A program made the position numbers and the translations under genes. From Chloroflexota bacterium (GTDB taxonomy: Bacteria; Chloroflexota; UBA11872; VXOZ01), in NCBI GenBank assembly GCA_963662335.2, contig CAXXVD010000004.1, positions 64,001 to 128,000 on the forward strand: a stretch of 64,000 bases of DNA. The letters run 5' to 3'. Positions 49,356-57,952 of this stretch are shown piece after piece; positions within the stretch are counted from its first letter, which is position 1, and each line of letters begins with the position of its first letter. A model generated the notes under the pieces. That model had not been told where the DNA came from. It searched no databases and worked only from the letters and a program-made list of their open reading frames with translations.

Positions 49356-49982
49356 ATGGAAGTCATCACCGCGCAGCCGCTTAACGAACAGAGTTCTCAC
49401 GTTGACAACTGGCGCCACCTCACTGTTGACGGGTATGCACTACGTCTGGCGGAAGCAGAGCAGGATTGGGGATGGTTCGCACTAGCAGCCACGCCGCGCG
49501 GCGTCTGTGCCGCCACGTTCGGACACGACAACTTCCTGGAAGCGGGCAAGACATTGGAAGCGACTTGGCAGGCAGGCAACTTCCCCGCGGAGACGGTCGG
49601 CGCGAGCGCCGGCGCCGGCGCGGAGGAGATAGTCGAAACCGCAGTGCGTGAACTGCTCGCGTTCTTTGCGGGCCGGGGCACGAGCTTTGGCGTGCCGCTC
49701 GCCGTAGCCGGCACGCCGTTCCAGCGAGCGGTGTGGGAAGAGACGCGCACGCTCCGGTACGGCGAACTCGCAACCTACCGGGACATCGCCGCGCGCATTG
49801 GACGCCCGCAGGCGTACCGGGCGGTCGGCAACGCTCTGGGGCAGAATCCGCTGCCGGTTATCGTGCCGTGCCATCGCGTGATCGCCAGCGACGGCAGCTT
49901 TGGCGGTTACACGCGGGGTCTTCCCTGGAAGGAGCGGCTGCTCGAGTTGGAAGACTCTCTTGCTTCCGTGCGCGTGAAATAG
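49356..49982 (+). CDS. ogt: Methylated-DNA--protein-cysteine methyltransferase
   Basis: GTPFQRAVW, RAVGNALGQNP, VPCHRV. Confidence 0.9.
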   Translation: MEVITAQPLNEQSSHVDNWRHLTVDGYALRLAEAEQDWGWFALAATPRGVCAATFGHDNFLEAGKTLEATWQAGNFPAETVGASAGAGAEEIVETAVRELLAFFAGRGTSFGVPLAVAGTPFQRAVWEETRTLRYGELATYRDIAARIGRPQAYRAVGNALGQNPLPVIVPCHRVIASDGSFGGYTRGLPWKERLLELEDSLASVRVK

Positions 49983-50068
49983 CCGTGCACGAAAGCGCGG
50001 ACGTTGCTTGAGCAACATCCGGTACAACTGCCGACCCAACGCGGAATCTGCGCTTAACGCAAGAAACA

Positions 50069-50214
50069 GGGGACAAGCCCATTATTGTCGCATTAACGTA
50101 GCGCGGGGGCTTGTCCCCCGCCGGAGCCATTGAAACTGACATGCAGGAGATTGACCTAACAGCTTCGCAGAGCCTGCCCCGCACGTGATACGGGGTTGCA
50201 AACCTGCGCTACCG
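50069..50214. mobile_element. MITE/REP composite element, copy 2 (cassette inverted relative to copy 1)
   Basis: 50098-50170 is the near-identical reverse complement of 22804-22876; same GGGG(A/G)CAAGCCC..GTCGCATTAA left flank. Confidence 0.6.
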
Positions 50215-50251
50215 GAGATTCCAGCGGCCAACATTCATTGAGCGCATGTGG

Positions 50252-50611
50252 TCAACCTGCGAAAGAACCGGAATCATCTCTTTGGGTCAGCGCGTTTCGT
50301 CCTTCCGCTTCGGCGTGCGCGTGACCGAACATGTCGTCGTTATAGAACCCCACTTCCCGGCCCGTGAACACAGTCACCATCAGGTCCTCGCGCGGGGCCT
50401 CCGCCGAGAGCACCAGGCGCTCGTCAATTTCCTCGATGACGGCAAACTGCTCGTGTTCGGTCAGGTCCTCGAAGAGGATCAACGTGCAGTAGACGACCGC
50501 GTGCGCAAAGTGCAGTTCAACCTGCGCCAGCCGCGCGCCGTTCCTGAGCGCGCGATAGCCCTCCGAAGAAGGCGTGCGGTACTGCCGCTCGAAAACCAGC
50601 GCCGCGGCCAT
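50252..50611 (-). CDS. Hypothetical protein, probably co-transcribed with nadBC
   Basis: Starts 4 nt after the nadC stop; 119-aa acidic ORF with plausible composition. Confidence 0.65.
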   Translation of the reverse strand: MAAALVFERQYRTPSSEGYRALRNGARLAQVELHFAHAVVYCTLILFEDLTEHEQFAVIEEIDERLVLSAEAPREDLMVTVFTGREVGFYNDDMFGHAHAEAEGRNALTQRDDSGSFAG

Positions 50612-50614
50612 GCT

Positions 50615-51469
50615 CTATCCTTCTATATCCAGGCTGATGTCCAATGCCGCCGCCGAGTGCGTGAGCATACCCACCGAGATGAGGTCTACGCCGCTGCGCG
50701 CGGCATCTTTCACCGTTTCTAGCGTAATGTTCCCGGAAGCCTCCGTAAAGGCTCTGCCCCTCACCATGCCTACGGCTTCCATCATAGTCTCAGGCGGCAT
50801 GTTGTCGAGCAAGATGCCGTCCGCGCCGGCGTCTAGCGCCTCCGCCACCTGCTCCAACGTCTTTGCCTCAATTTCAACTTTGAGCAGGTGATGAACGGAT
50901 GCCCTGGCTCTCTCTACGGCATTGGCGATAGAGCCGCAGGCGGCAATGTGGTTATCCTTGATGAGCACGCCGTCGAAGAGGCCGATCCGGTGGTTGCGGC
51001 CGCCGCCCACGCGGACGGCATACTTTTCGAAGAGCCGCAGCCCTGGCGTCGTCTTGCGCGTATCGACTATTTGCGCGCCCGTGCCCGCTACGGCGTCAAC
51101 GAACGCGCGGGTAAGCGAGGCAACGCCGGAAAGGTGTCTGACCACGTTCAGCGCCACGCGCTCACCGGTGAGAATCGCCTGCAACGGTCCCGTGACCCGC
51201 AGGAACTGCGCACCCGGCGTGAGCGCGTCGCCGTCAGCGAGCAGCGGGGTCGTCTGCACGCTGGCGTCCAACAGCGTGAAGACCCGCGCGGCAATCGCGC
51301 CGCCCGCCAGCACGCCCGCCTGCTTGGCGTGCGCGACTGCCGTGCCCTGCCGGTCGGAAGGGATGAGCGCCAGGGTTGTCACGTCGCCCGCGCCCACGTC
51401 CTCCTCGAGAGCGCGCCGCAGGAGAGCGTCAACGACGTCAAGCGAGAAAGGCACGGCGGGCGTTGTCAT
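50615..51469 (-). CDS. nadC: Nicotinate-nucleotide diphosphorylase (carboxylating)
   Basis: EDVGAGDVT, DTRKTTPGLR, NHRIGL, LIKDNH, LLDNM, EASGNI. Confidence 0.96.
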   Translation of the reverse strand: MTTPAVPFSLDVVDALLRRALEEDVGAGDVTTLALIPSDRQGTAVAHAKQAGVLAGGAIAARVFTLLDASVQTTPLLADGDALTPGAQFLRVTGPLQAILTGERVALNVVRHLSGVASLTRAFVDAVAGTGAQIVDTRKTTPGLRLFEKYAVRVGGGRNHRIGLFDGVLIKDNHIAACGSIANAVERARASVHHLLKVEIEAKTLEQVAEALDAGADGILLDNMPPETMMEAVGMVRGRAFTEASGNITLETVKDAARSGVDLISVGMLTHSAAALDISLDIEG

Positions 51470-51516
51470 GAGCGGCTCCCGCTCACTGCTCTGCCGTGGG
51501 TATGCTCGCGCATGAT

Positions 51517-53133
51517 TCAGCTCTTCCGCGCCGGGGTATAGTCGCCGTTCTTCTCCTGATAGATAACCACGCGATGCCGCCACGCGTCGCCGGATTCGGG
51601 AAAATCTTCCCGGAAGTGCGCGCCCCGGCTCTCGGTGCGCGCGCGCGCCGCAACGGTCAACAGCAGTCCCAGCGCCAGCGCCGAGCGGTACTCGTGGCGG
51701 CGGCGCGTCGCCCCGGCCGGCGCGCGCGCCAGCCAATCCCGCAACTGCTCTTCCGCCGCCGCCAAGCGCCGCTCGTCGCGCGCGATGCCTGCATTGTGCC
51801 ACATCAGTCGTTTGAGCGCAGGCATCGCGCCGCCGGCGCGCTTGCGCCCCGCGGCCGGCGGCGGCAGTGGCAGGGAAAGGCGTGTGTCCGCCGCCAGCGC
51901 GGGCTCCTGCTCTCGCGGCGGCGCGTATTCGGACAGGGGCAGTCCCTGAGAGTCCAGCACGATACGCCGCGCGAAGACCAGGGCTTCCAGCAACGAATTG
52001 CTCGCCAGGCGGTTGGCTCCGTGCACGCCGGTGCAGGCCACTTCGCCGCAGGCGTAGAGGCCGGGCACCGCGGTCCGTCCACGCGCGTCCGTGCGCACTC
52101 CGCCCGTCATATAGTGGGCCGCCGGCGCGACGGGAACGAGGTCGCGCGTTATGTCGAGGCCGTACTTTTGGCAGCGAGCATGGATCGTGGGGAAGTGCGT
52201 CCGCGTCTCGGCCGCGTCCAAGTGCCGCAGATCCAGGTAGACGCAGTTGTCTTCGACAAGGTCGCCGCCGCGCGTACGCGCCATTTCGCGCGCGGCGGCG
52301 CGCGCCACCACGTCGCGCGGCGCCAATTCGGCACGTGCGTGGTAGCGGGGCATGAAGCGTTCGCCACGGCTGTTCCGCAAGTACGCCCCCGCGCCGCGCA
52401 CCGCTTCGGAGATCAGGAACGACGGCGCGCCGGCGGTGCGCAACGCGGTGGGGTGAAACTGAAAGAACTCCAGGTCCGCAATGCCCGCGCCGGCCGCAAA
52501 CGCCAGCGCCACGCCGTCACCCGTCGCAATGCCGGGATTCGTGGTGTAGGCAAAGAGTTGACCGGCGCCGCCGGAGCAGAGAATCACGTTGCGGGAGCGA
52601 AACGCGCGGAACGCGCCCGCGCGCTCGTCCAGCGCCTCGACCCCCACGCAGCGCCCGCCCTGCACCAGGAGTTTCGTTGCCAGGTGGCCTTCGCGAATCG
52701 TCACGGCCGAGCGGCGCGTGTGCCGCGAAAGCGCGCCTTCGATCTCAGCGCCGGTAGCGTCGCCGCGCGCGTGGAGCACCCGCGGCACCGAGTGTGCTCC
52801 TTCTTTCGCCAGGGTGATCTCGCCATGCAATGTGTCGAAGTGCACGCCGAGCGTCATCAGTTCGCGCACGCACGCGGGGCCCTCGGAGACCAGAATCATC
52901 ACGGCGCCGGGGTCGCACAACCCGGCGCCGGCCACCATCGTATCTTGCCAGTGCAGCGCGGGACTATCTTCCGCGGCCACCGCGGCCGCGACGCCGCCCT
53001 GGGCGTAGCGGGTGTTCGACTGCGAGAGGCGGCCCTTCGTCAAAATCAGCACGGAGCCATACTGCCGCGCATAATGCGCCGCGTAGAGTCCCGCAATCCC
53101 GCTGCCAATGACGATATAGTCGTACGTGATCAT
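51517..53133 (-). CDS. nadB: L-aspartate oxidase
   Basis: GSGIAGL, YAQGG, EGAHS, QFHPT, LISEAVRG, ELAPRD, PAAHY, GVHGANRLASNSLLE, ESRGAH. Confidence 0.95.
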   Translation of the reverse strand: MITYDYIVIGSGIAGLYAAHYARQYGSVLILTKGRLSQSNTRYAQGGVAAAVAAEDSPALHWQDTMVAGAGLCDPGAVMILVSEGPACVRELMTLGVHFDTLHGEITLAKEGAHSVPRVLHARGDATGAEIEGALSRHTRRSAVTIREGHLATKLLVQGGRCVGVEALDERAGAFRAFRSRNVILCSGGAGQLFAYTTNPGIATGDGVALAFAAGAGIADLEFFQFHPTALRTAGAPSFLISEAVRGAGAYLRNSRGERFMPRYHARAELAPRDVVARAAAREMARTRGGDLVEDNCVYLDLRHLDAAETRTHFPTIHARCQKYGLDITRDLVPVAPAAHYMTGGVRTDARGRTAVPGLYACGEVACTGVHGANRLASNSLLEALVFARRIVLDSQGLPLSEYAPPREQEPALAADTRLSLPLPPPAAGRKRAGGAMPALKRLMWHNAGIARDERRLAAAEEQLRDWLARAPAGATRRRHEYRSALALGLLLTVAARARTESRGAHFREDFPESGDAWRHRVVIYQEKNGDYTPARKS

Positions 53134-53212
53134 GGCCTCTCCCACAATGACCGCCGGCGGGCCGCGATGTCTGTAGGATACTTGACCACGATGCCGCTCT
53201 CAACTGCGCCCG

Positions 53213-53241
53213 TTTACAGTCCATTACGTGAGCGTTATACT
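53213..53241 (+). promoter_or_regulatory. Sigma70-type promoter
   Basis: TTTACA-17 nt-TATACT. Confidence 0.6.
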
Positions 53242-53247
53242 TGAATT

Positions 53248-53405
53248 GGGGAACGTGCGCCGCTCAGCAGGGCGCCGTGAAGTTCCCTCATGAGAATCGC
53301 ACACTTTGAGCGGTACGTGGGAAGGGAGAACCTCGCCCCCCACGCCGGGCGTGAACGCCTCGCGCCAGCCGGCGGAGGAGCAATGGAAACGTCCGCCCTG
53401 AGCTT
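53248..53405 (+). ncRNA. Candidate structured RNA (6S-like rod, or long 5' leader)
   Basis: Closing stem GCTCAGCAGGGCG/CGCCCTGAGC, central bubble with GGCGTGAACGCC hairpin, apical stem CGTGGG..GAG/CTC..CCCACG; lies directly after a promoter. Confidence 0.4.
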
Positions 53406-53434
53406 GTCAATGGGGGTCTACGGGCTACGCAATC

Positions 53435-53893
53435 ATGGACAAAGACGAACCCGCTACAGACGATGAATACGCCGACTCATCGGGACGCAGGCGGCGCGAA
53501 CGCGCCGGCTTCTCCGCAAGCGCCGTCGTGCGCGACGACGAGGCCGCCGACGCGTTTCATGACGATGCCATCGAGAGCCCGCGACGCATCTTCGTGTGCA
53601 TCGGCTCTTCTTGCAGCGAGCAGAAGAGCCGCGGCATCCTGACGGAGTTCAAGAAGCAGATCGAAAAGCACAACCTCAAGGACCGGGTTGATGTCTACAC
53701 CTCGACCTGCCTCAGTCAATGCCTGCGTGCCCCGGCGGTGCAAGTCTATCCCGAGGGTACCTTCTACTGCAAGATCTTGCCGCGCGACGTGCGCACCATC
53801 GTGGCGGAACACCTTGACAAGAACCGCGTCGTGGAACACTTCGTCCACGATCCCTTCGCGTCTATTCGCTGGAACGATGATATCGACTCCTGA
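53435..53893 (+). CDS. Thioredoxin-like [2Fe-2S] ferredoxin
   Basis: IFVCIGSSC, TCLSQCLRAPAVQVYPEGTFY, IVAEHL. Confidence 0.85.
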   Translation: MDKDEPATDDEYADSSGRRRRERAGFSASAVVRDDEAADAFHDDAIESPRRIFVCIGSSCSEQKSRGILTEFKKQIEKHNLKDRVDVYTSTCLSQCLRAPAVQVYPEGTFYCKILPRDVRTIVAEHLDKNRVVEHFVHDPFASIRWNDDIDS

Positions 53894-55034
53894 CGCCATC
53901 CCCGTGATGCCCAGCTAGAGCATGCTCGACTTCCTCGCGCACACCGGCAGGCAATTCCTCCCGCAGCGCCTGCCGCAGGACTTCTGTGGCGGCTGATTCA
54001 CGGAACCGCCCTAGCGCCCAGGCCGCGTGCCCGCGCAGCATGGGCGGCTCGCCGACAGCGAGAAGCACCCGGCGCAGTGCCGGAATCGCCGCCGGGTCTC
54101 CGGCGTTGCCGAGGGCAACGATGGCATTGCGCCGCAGTCCCTGCCGCTTGGCGCGCATGAGCGGCGTGCCCTGAAAGCGGCGTGTAAACTCTGCTTCCGT
54201 AATCTCCAACAGCGGAAGCAGCGGAATGCTGGGGCCAACGCCGGGGCGCGGCAGAAAATCCTCGTCGGCGTCGGCGGGAGCGTAACGATTGACCGGGCAC
54301 ACCTCCTGGCAGATGTCGCAGCCAAAGACCCGGGTCCCCAGCCGCGCACGAAGCGCGCGCGGGATGCCGCCCCGGTTCTCGATCGTCAGATAGGCGATGC
54401 ACCGCCGCGCGTCGACCTGGTACGGCGCGACGATCGCGCCGGTAGGGCAGGCGTCGATGCAGCGCGTGCAACTGCCGCAGTTCTTCTTCAGCGGGGCATC
54501 GTACTCCAACGCGAGATCGGTGATCACCTCCGCCAGGAAGACCCACGTGCCCTGCTCCTCCGTCAGTATCATCGTGCTCTTGCCGTACCAACCGACGCCG
54601 GCGCGAAATGCCGCCGCCCGGTCGAGCACCGGCCCGGTATCCGCGAAGAAGCGCGCGGCGGCGTGCTTGGACTCGAGAAAGGCAACCAGTCTCCTGAGCC
54701 GCTTGCGCAGCACGTTGTGATAGTCCCGCCCCCAGGCGTAGCGCGACACGACGCCGTGGGGTTCACCGGGACGCGACGCATTCTGCGCACGCGCGTCCAC
54801 GTTGTACGGCAAGGCAAGGGCAATGATGGATTTTGCCTCGGCGAGCAGCCAGGCGGGCCGCGTGCCCCGCTCGACGCGCGCGGCAGTGTACCAGTTCATG
54901 CCCTCAAGGTGGCCGGCCTTGAGCCGCGCCAGAGCGGCGGCGCGAGTCTCCGTGAAGGGATGCGCGGGAGCGATGCCCACCGGCGTAAAGCCCAGTTCCC
55001 GCGCGTAGTCTACGATCTCCTGCGTTACCGACAT
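53862..55034 (-). CDS. queG: Epoxyqueuosine reductase
   Basis: SRYAWGRDYH, DTGPVLDR, CGSCTRCIDACPT, CIAYLTIE, FGCDICQEVCP and HEAT-like C-terminus. Confidence 0.95.
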   Translation of the reverse strand: MSVTQEIVDYARELGFTPVGIAPAHPFTETRAAALARLKAGHLEGMNWYTAARVERGTRPAWLLAEAKSIIALALPYNVDARAQNASRPGEPHGVVSRYAWGRDYHNVLRKRLRRLVAFLESKHAAARFFADTGPVLDRAAAFRAGVGWYGKSTMILTEEQGTWVFLAEVITDLALEYDAPLKKNCGSCTRCIDACPTGAIVAPYQVDARRCIAYLTIENRGGIPRALRARLGTRVFGCDICQEVCPVNRYAPADADEDFLPRPGVGPSIPLLPLLEITEAEFTRRFQGTPLMRAKRQGLRRNAIVALGNAGDPAAIPALRRVLLAVGEPPMLRGHAAWALGRFRESAATEVLRQALREELPAGVREEVEHALAGHHGDGVRSRYHRSSE

Positions 55035-55290
55035 GCCCGGCTCCGCTTGACATTCGACAGACGCCCACGCGGCTTGACCATTCGCCGCGTGCGTTTCGGC
55101 GCCGCGTTCACGTCATAGTGTAGCGCAGGCGGGCGCGGAGTTCTTCTTACGGCCTCGAGGGCCCGCTGCCTTCTGCCACCGTGCCCGGGTGCGGCGTGCC
55201 CGCAGGGGCGCACGGAAAAAACGATCACGAGAAACCCAGTCGCTGCGGGAAGAATAGAATGCGCGCCGGTCACGCGGAATAGAGCCAAAA

Positions 55291-55639
55291 GAGACCTTTG
55301 CATAACTCAAGCCGACAAACGAAATCACTCCCTCTCCCTGGGCTGACAAGGCTGTGTATTCTACAACCGACTTCACCTGTCATTCCGAACGGAGCGCAGC
55401 GGAGTGTCGAACCCTGTTCGCGGAATCTAGTGCACAGCCTTGCAAAGTCAGCATCTTTAGATTCCTCGCTGCGCTCGGAATGACATTTACCTACCCCTGT
55501 CAGCTCTCCCTGGGGAGAGGGCCGGGGTGAGGGGATCAATGGCGTGACAATACACGATAAGTAGTCGTAAAAGCGCTACTGGATTCCGGCTTCCGCCGGA
55601 ATGACGGAATTACGCAAGGGTCGCCCCAGGGAGAGGGAG
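55291..55639. mobile_element. Nested MITE/REP cluster
   Basis: Outer imperfect inverted repeat GAGACCTTTGCATAACTC/GAATTACGCAAGGGTCGC; further pairs CTCCCTCTCCCTGGG/CCCAGGGAGAGGGAG, CTGACAAGG/CCCTGTCAG, TGTCATTCCGA..TCGGAATGACA; ATTCCGGCTTCCGCCGGAAT hairpin. Confidence 0.65.
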
Positions 55640-55784
55640 CAATTGCCTGTGGCGGCTCGGGTTACGGAAATGTCTCCAATAGGAGAAAGTTAGCAGAAAA
55701 TATCACGGCCTTCTCGGCTGCGAGAAGGGGCAGACCCGCGTCATACCGCCAAAAACCCGCAATTCAGAGAGCCATTATCCGGTC

Positions 55785-55862
55785 TTGTCGCCGCCGCCTG
55801 CCGCCGCTATAATTTCACGTGTGGATAAATGTGGGGAAAAGTGGGGTGAAGTGTGGAGAAGT
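55785..55862 (+). promoter_or_regulatory. dcw promoter and MraZ-binding direct repeats
   Basis: TTGTCG-17 nt-TATAAT, then GTGG repeats at 10-bp period (GTGGATAAAT GTGGGGAAAA GTGGGGTGAA GTGTGGAGAA). Confidence 0.8.
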
Positions 55863-55884
55863 CCCGCATTGTGGAAGGCCTGCC

Positions 55885-56316
55885 GTGTTCCTCGGTGAAT
55901 TTCAGCACACAGTGGACCAGAAGGGCCGCCTTGCCATCCCCGCCAAGTTCCGTGAAGCCCTGGCGGCCGGCGCGGTGGTCACCCGCGGTCTTGACAAGTG
56001 CCTTGTCATCTACCCGCGCGGCGAGTGGGACTCCCTTGCCGCGAAAGTGAGCCGCTTGCCGCAAACCCAGCCGCACGTCCGTACGCTCAGCCGCCTGCTC
56101 TTCTCCGGCGCGGTGGATTTTACGCTTGACAGCCAAGGGCGCACGCTGCTGCCCCAGTACCTGCGCGCGTACGCCGCCATAACGACCGACGTGGCGGTCA
56201 TTGGTCTCCACCAGCGTATCGAGGTGTGGGGACTCGAAGCGTGGAACGCCGTCAAAGCCGCTACCGAGGCGGACGGCGGCAGTCTGGCCGAACAACTCGC
56301 GGACCTCGGCATCTGA
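55885..56316 (+). CDS. mraZ: Division/cell wall cluster transcriptional repressor MraZ
   Basis: FLGEFQHTVDQKGRLAIPAKFR, LDSQGR, IEVW. Confidence 0.96.
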   Translation: MFLGEFQHTVDQKGRLAIPAKFREALAAGAVVTRGLDKCLVIYPRGEWDSLAAKVSRLPQTQPHVRTLSRLLFSGAVDFTLDSQGRTLLPQYLRAYAAITTDVAVIGLHQRIEVWGLEAWNAVKAATEADGGSLAEQLADLGI

Positions 56317-56429
56317 ACCGATCCTCCAGCAGGCAAAAGGCACGCTGCCATGCCGCGCGGTTCCCAGCGTCGAACGCGCCCGGCCGCTCCTCTTCCGCCA
56401 GGTTGCCTTGCGGCGTAAGGATACGTCTC

Positions 56430-57371
56430 GTGTCGTCACAGGACCTGCCCAGCCATACACCGGTCCTCCTCTCGCAGGTGCTTGCCGGGCTCCAGGCGAG
56501 CAAAGGGGGACGCTTCATCGACTGTACCACAAACGGCGGCGGGCACGCGGAGGCGATCCTCTCCCACAGCACGCCTACCGGGCGTTTGCTCGGGCTGGAC
56601 GTTGACCCCCAGGCGCTGGCGCGCTGCCGGCTGCGCATCCGAGTCTTTGGCAACCGGATAGAGTTGCTGCAACGCAACTTCGGCGAGTTACGCGCAGCCG
56701 CCGCGCACGTCGGGTTTGGCAAGGCCCATGGGATTGTGTTCGATCTCGGCCTGTCGTCACTGCAGATAGCGGATCCGCGGCGCGGCTTCTCTTGGCAGCG
56801 AGCAGGCCCGCTCGACATGCGTATGGATCCGACCCAGCGCCTCACCGCGGCGACGATCGTGAACACCTGGCGTCAGGAAGAGCTTGCCAATCTCTTCTGG
56901 GAGTATGGGGAAGAACGCCACGCGCGCCGCATCGCGCGGCGCATCGTCGAGCGGCGGCGTACGCAGCCGCTGGCGACGGTAGCGGACTTGGCGGAAATCG
57001 CCCGCGCGGCCTATGGCAAAGGCCGGCGCCGCATCCATCCGGCAACGCGGACGTTCCAGGCCTTGCGCATTGCCGTGAACCGGGAACTTGAGCATCTGCA
57101 AACCGCTTTGGAGCAGGCGCGCGACCTCCTGCTGCACGGCGGGCGCTTGGTGGTGATTGCCTTCCACAGCCTGGAAGACCGCATCGTAAAGGGCTTCATG
57201 CGGCGCGCCGCCGGCACGTGCATCTGCCCCGCGGGTGTGCCGGACTGCGTCTGCAACCCCCGCGAGACGCTGCGGGTGCTCACGCGAAAGCCCATCCGCC
57301 CGGACAGGGCGGAAATCGCGCGCAATCCGCGCAGCCGCAGCGCGCGCCTGCGCATAGCCGAGCGTATCTAG
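56430..57371 (+). CDS. rsmH: 16S rRNA m4C1402 methyltransferase
   Basis: HTPVLL, GGGHA, DLGLSSLQ, PLDMRMD, HPATRTFQALRIAVN, FHSLEDRIVK, NPRSRSARLR. Confidence 0.96.
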   Translation: MSSQDLPSHTPVLLSQVLAGLQASKGGRFIDCTTNGGGHAEAILSHSTPTGRLLGLDVDPQALARCRLRIRVFGNRIELLQRNFGELRAAAAHVGFGKAHGIVFDLGLSSLQIADPRRGFSWQRAGPLDMRMDPTQRLTAATIVNTWRQEELANLFWEYGEERHARRIARRIVERRRTQPLATVADLAEIARAAYGKGRRRIHPATRTFQALRIAVNRELEHLQTALEQARDLLLHGGRLVVIAFHSLEDRIVKGFMRRAAGTCICPAGVPDCVCNPRETLRVLTRKPIRPDRAEIARNPRSRSARLRIAERI

Positions 57372-57388
57372 CAGTCCAGGAGCGACAC

Positions 57389-57952
57389 GTGGCGCAGCCA
57401 GAAACTGCCGACCTCGCCAAAGGCGCAGACTTCGCCGAGGGCGCAGATTTCGTCGCAGACGCCGACGTTGCCGCGGACGCGCGGCCGCGGCCGGCCAGGC
57501 GGGCCGCCGGCGCCGAGCGCCGGCCGTGGTACTACGAATTGAGCCCGCTGGTGGCGTTGGACATGGGCATCCTCGTGCTCTTCTTGGTCGCCATGCTCTA
57601 TCTGATGCCCACCGGACAGGTAGCGGACGCGAGTTTCCGCATCCAGTATTTGGAGCGGCGCATAGCGCAAATCGAACGCGAGAACCAGTCGCTGCGCATG
57701 AAGATCGCCCAAGCCGGCGACCTGCGCGCGCTCGAAGCGGCCGCCAGGAAGCGGTATGGTATGGTCCCGGCGCGGTACGTGCACTTCGCGCACGTGCCGG
57801 CAAGCGCCCAGCAATTGCAAGCGCCGCCGGATGGCGGCGTAGCGGAGGAACAATACCCCTTCAGCAGCCGCTGGGACATCGCTCGCGAACAGTTCCGCGA
57901 CCTCATCGGCGGCAGCGCGCCGTCTGCTGAGGAGGGCGCCGATGCCCCGTGA
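57389..57952 (+). CDS. ftsL: FtsL-like cell division protein
   Basis: Position between rsmH and ftsI; one TM helix followed by a coiled coil and YGMVP; AGGAG SD before GTG. Confidence 0.7.
   Translation: MAQPETADLAKGADFAEGADFVADADVAADARPRPARRAAGAERRPWYYELSPLVALDMGILVLFLVAMLYLMPTGQVADASFRIQYLERRIAQIERENQSLRMKIAQAGDLRALEAAARKRYGMVPARYVHFAHVPASAQQLQAPPDGGVAEEQYPFSSRWDIAREQFRDLIGGSAPSAEEGADAP

Noticed and set aside
55821-55862. Novel 10-bp-period GTGG repeat
   Set aside because: Matches the known MraZ-binding repeats upstream of mraZ; recorded as a feature, not as novel.
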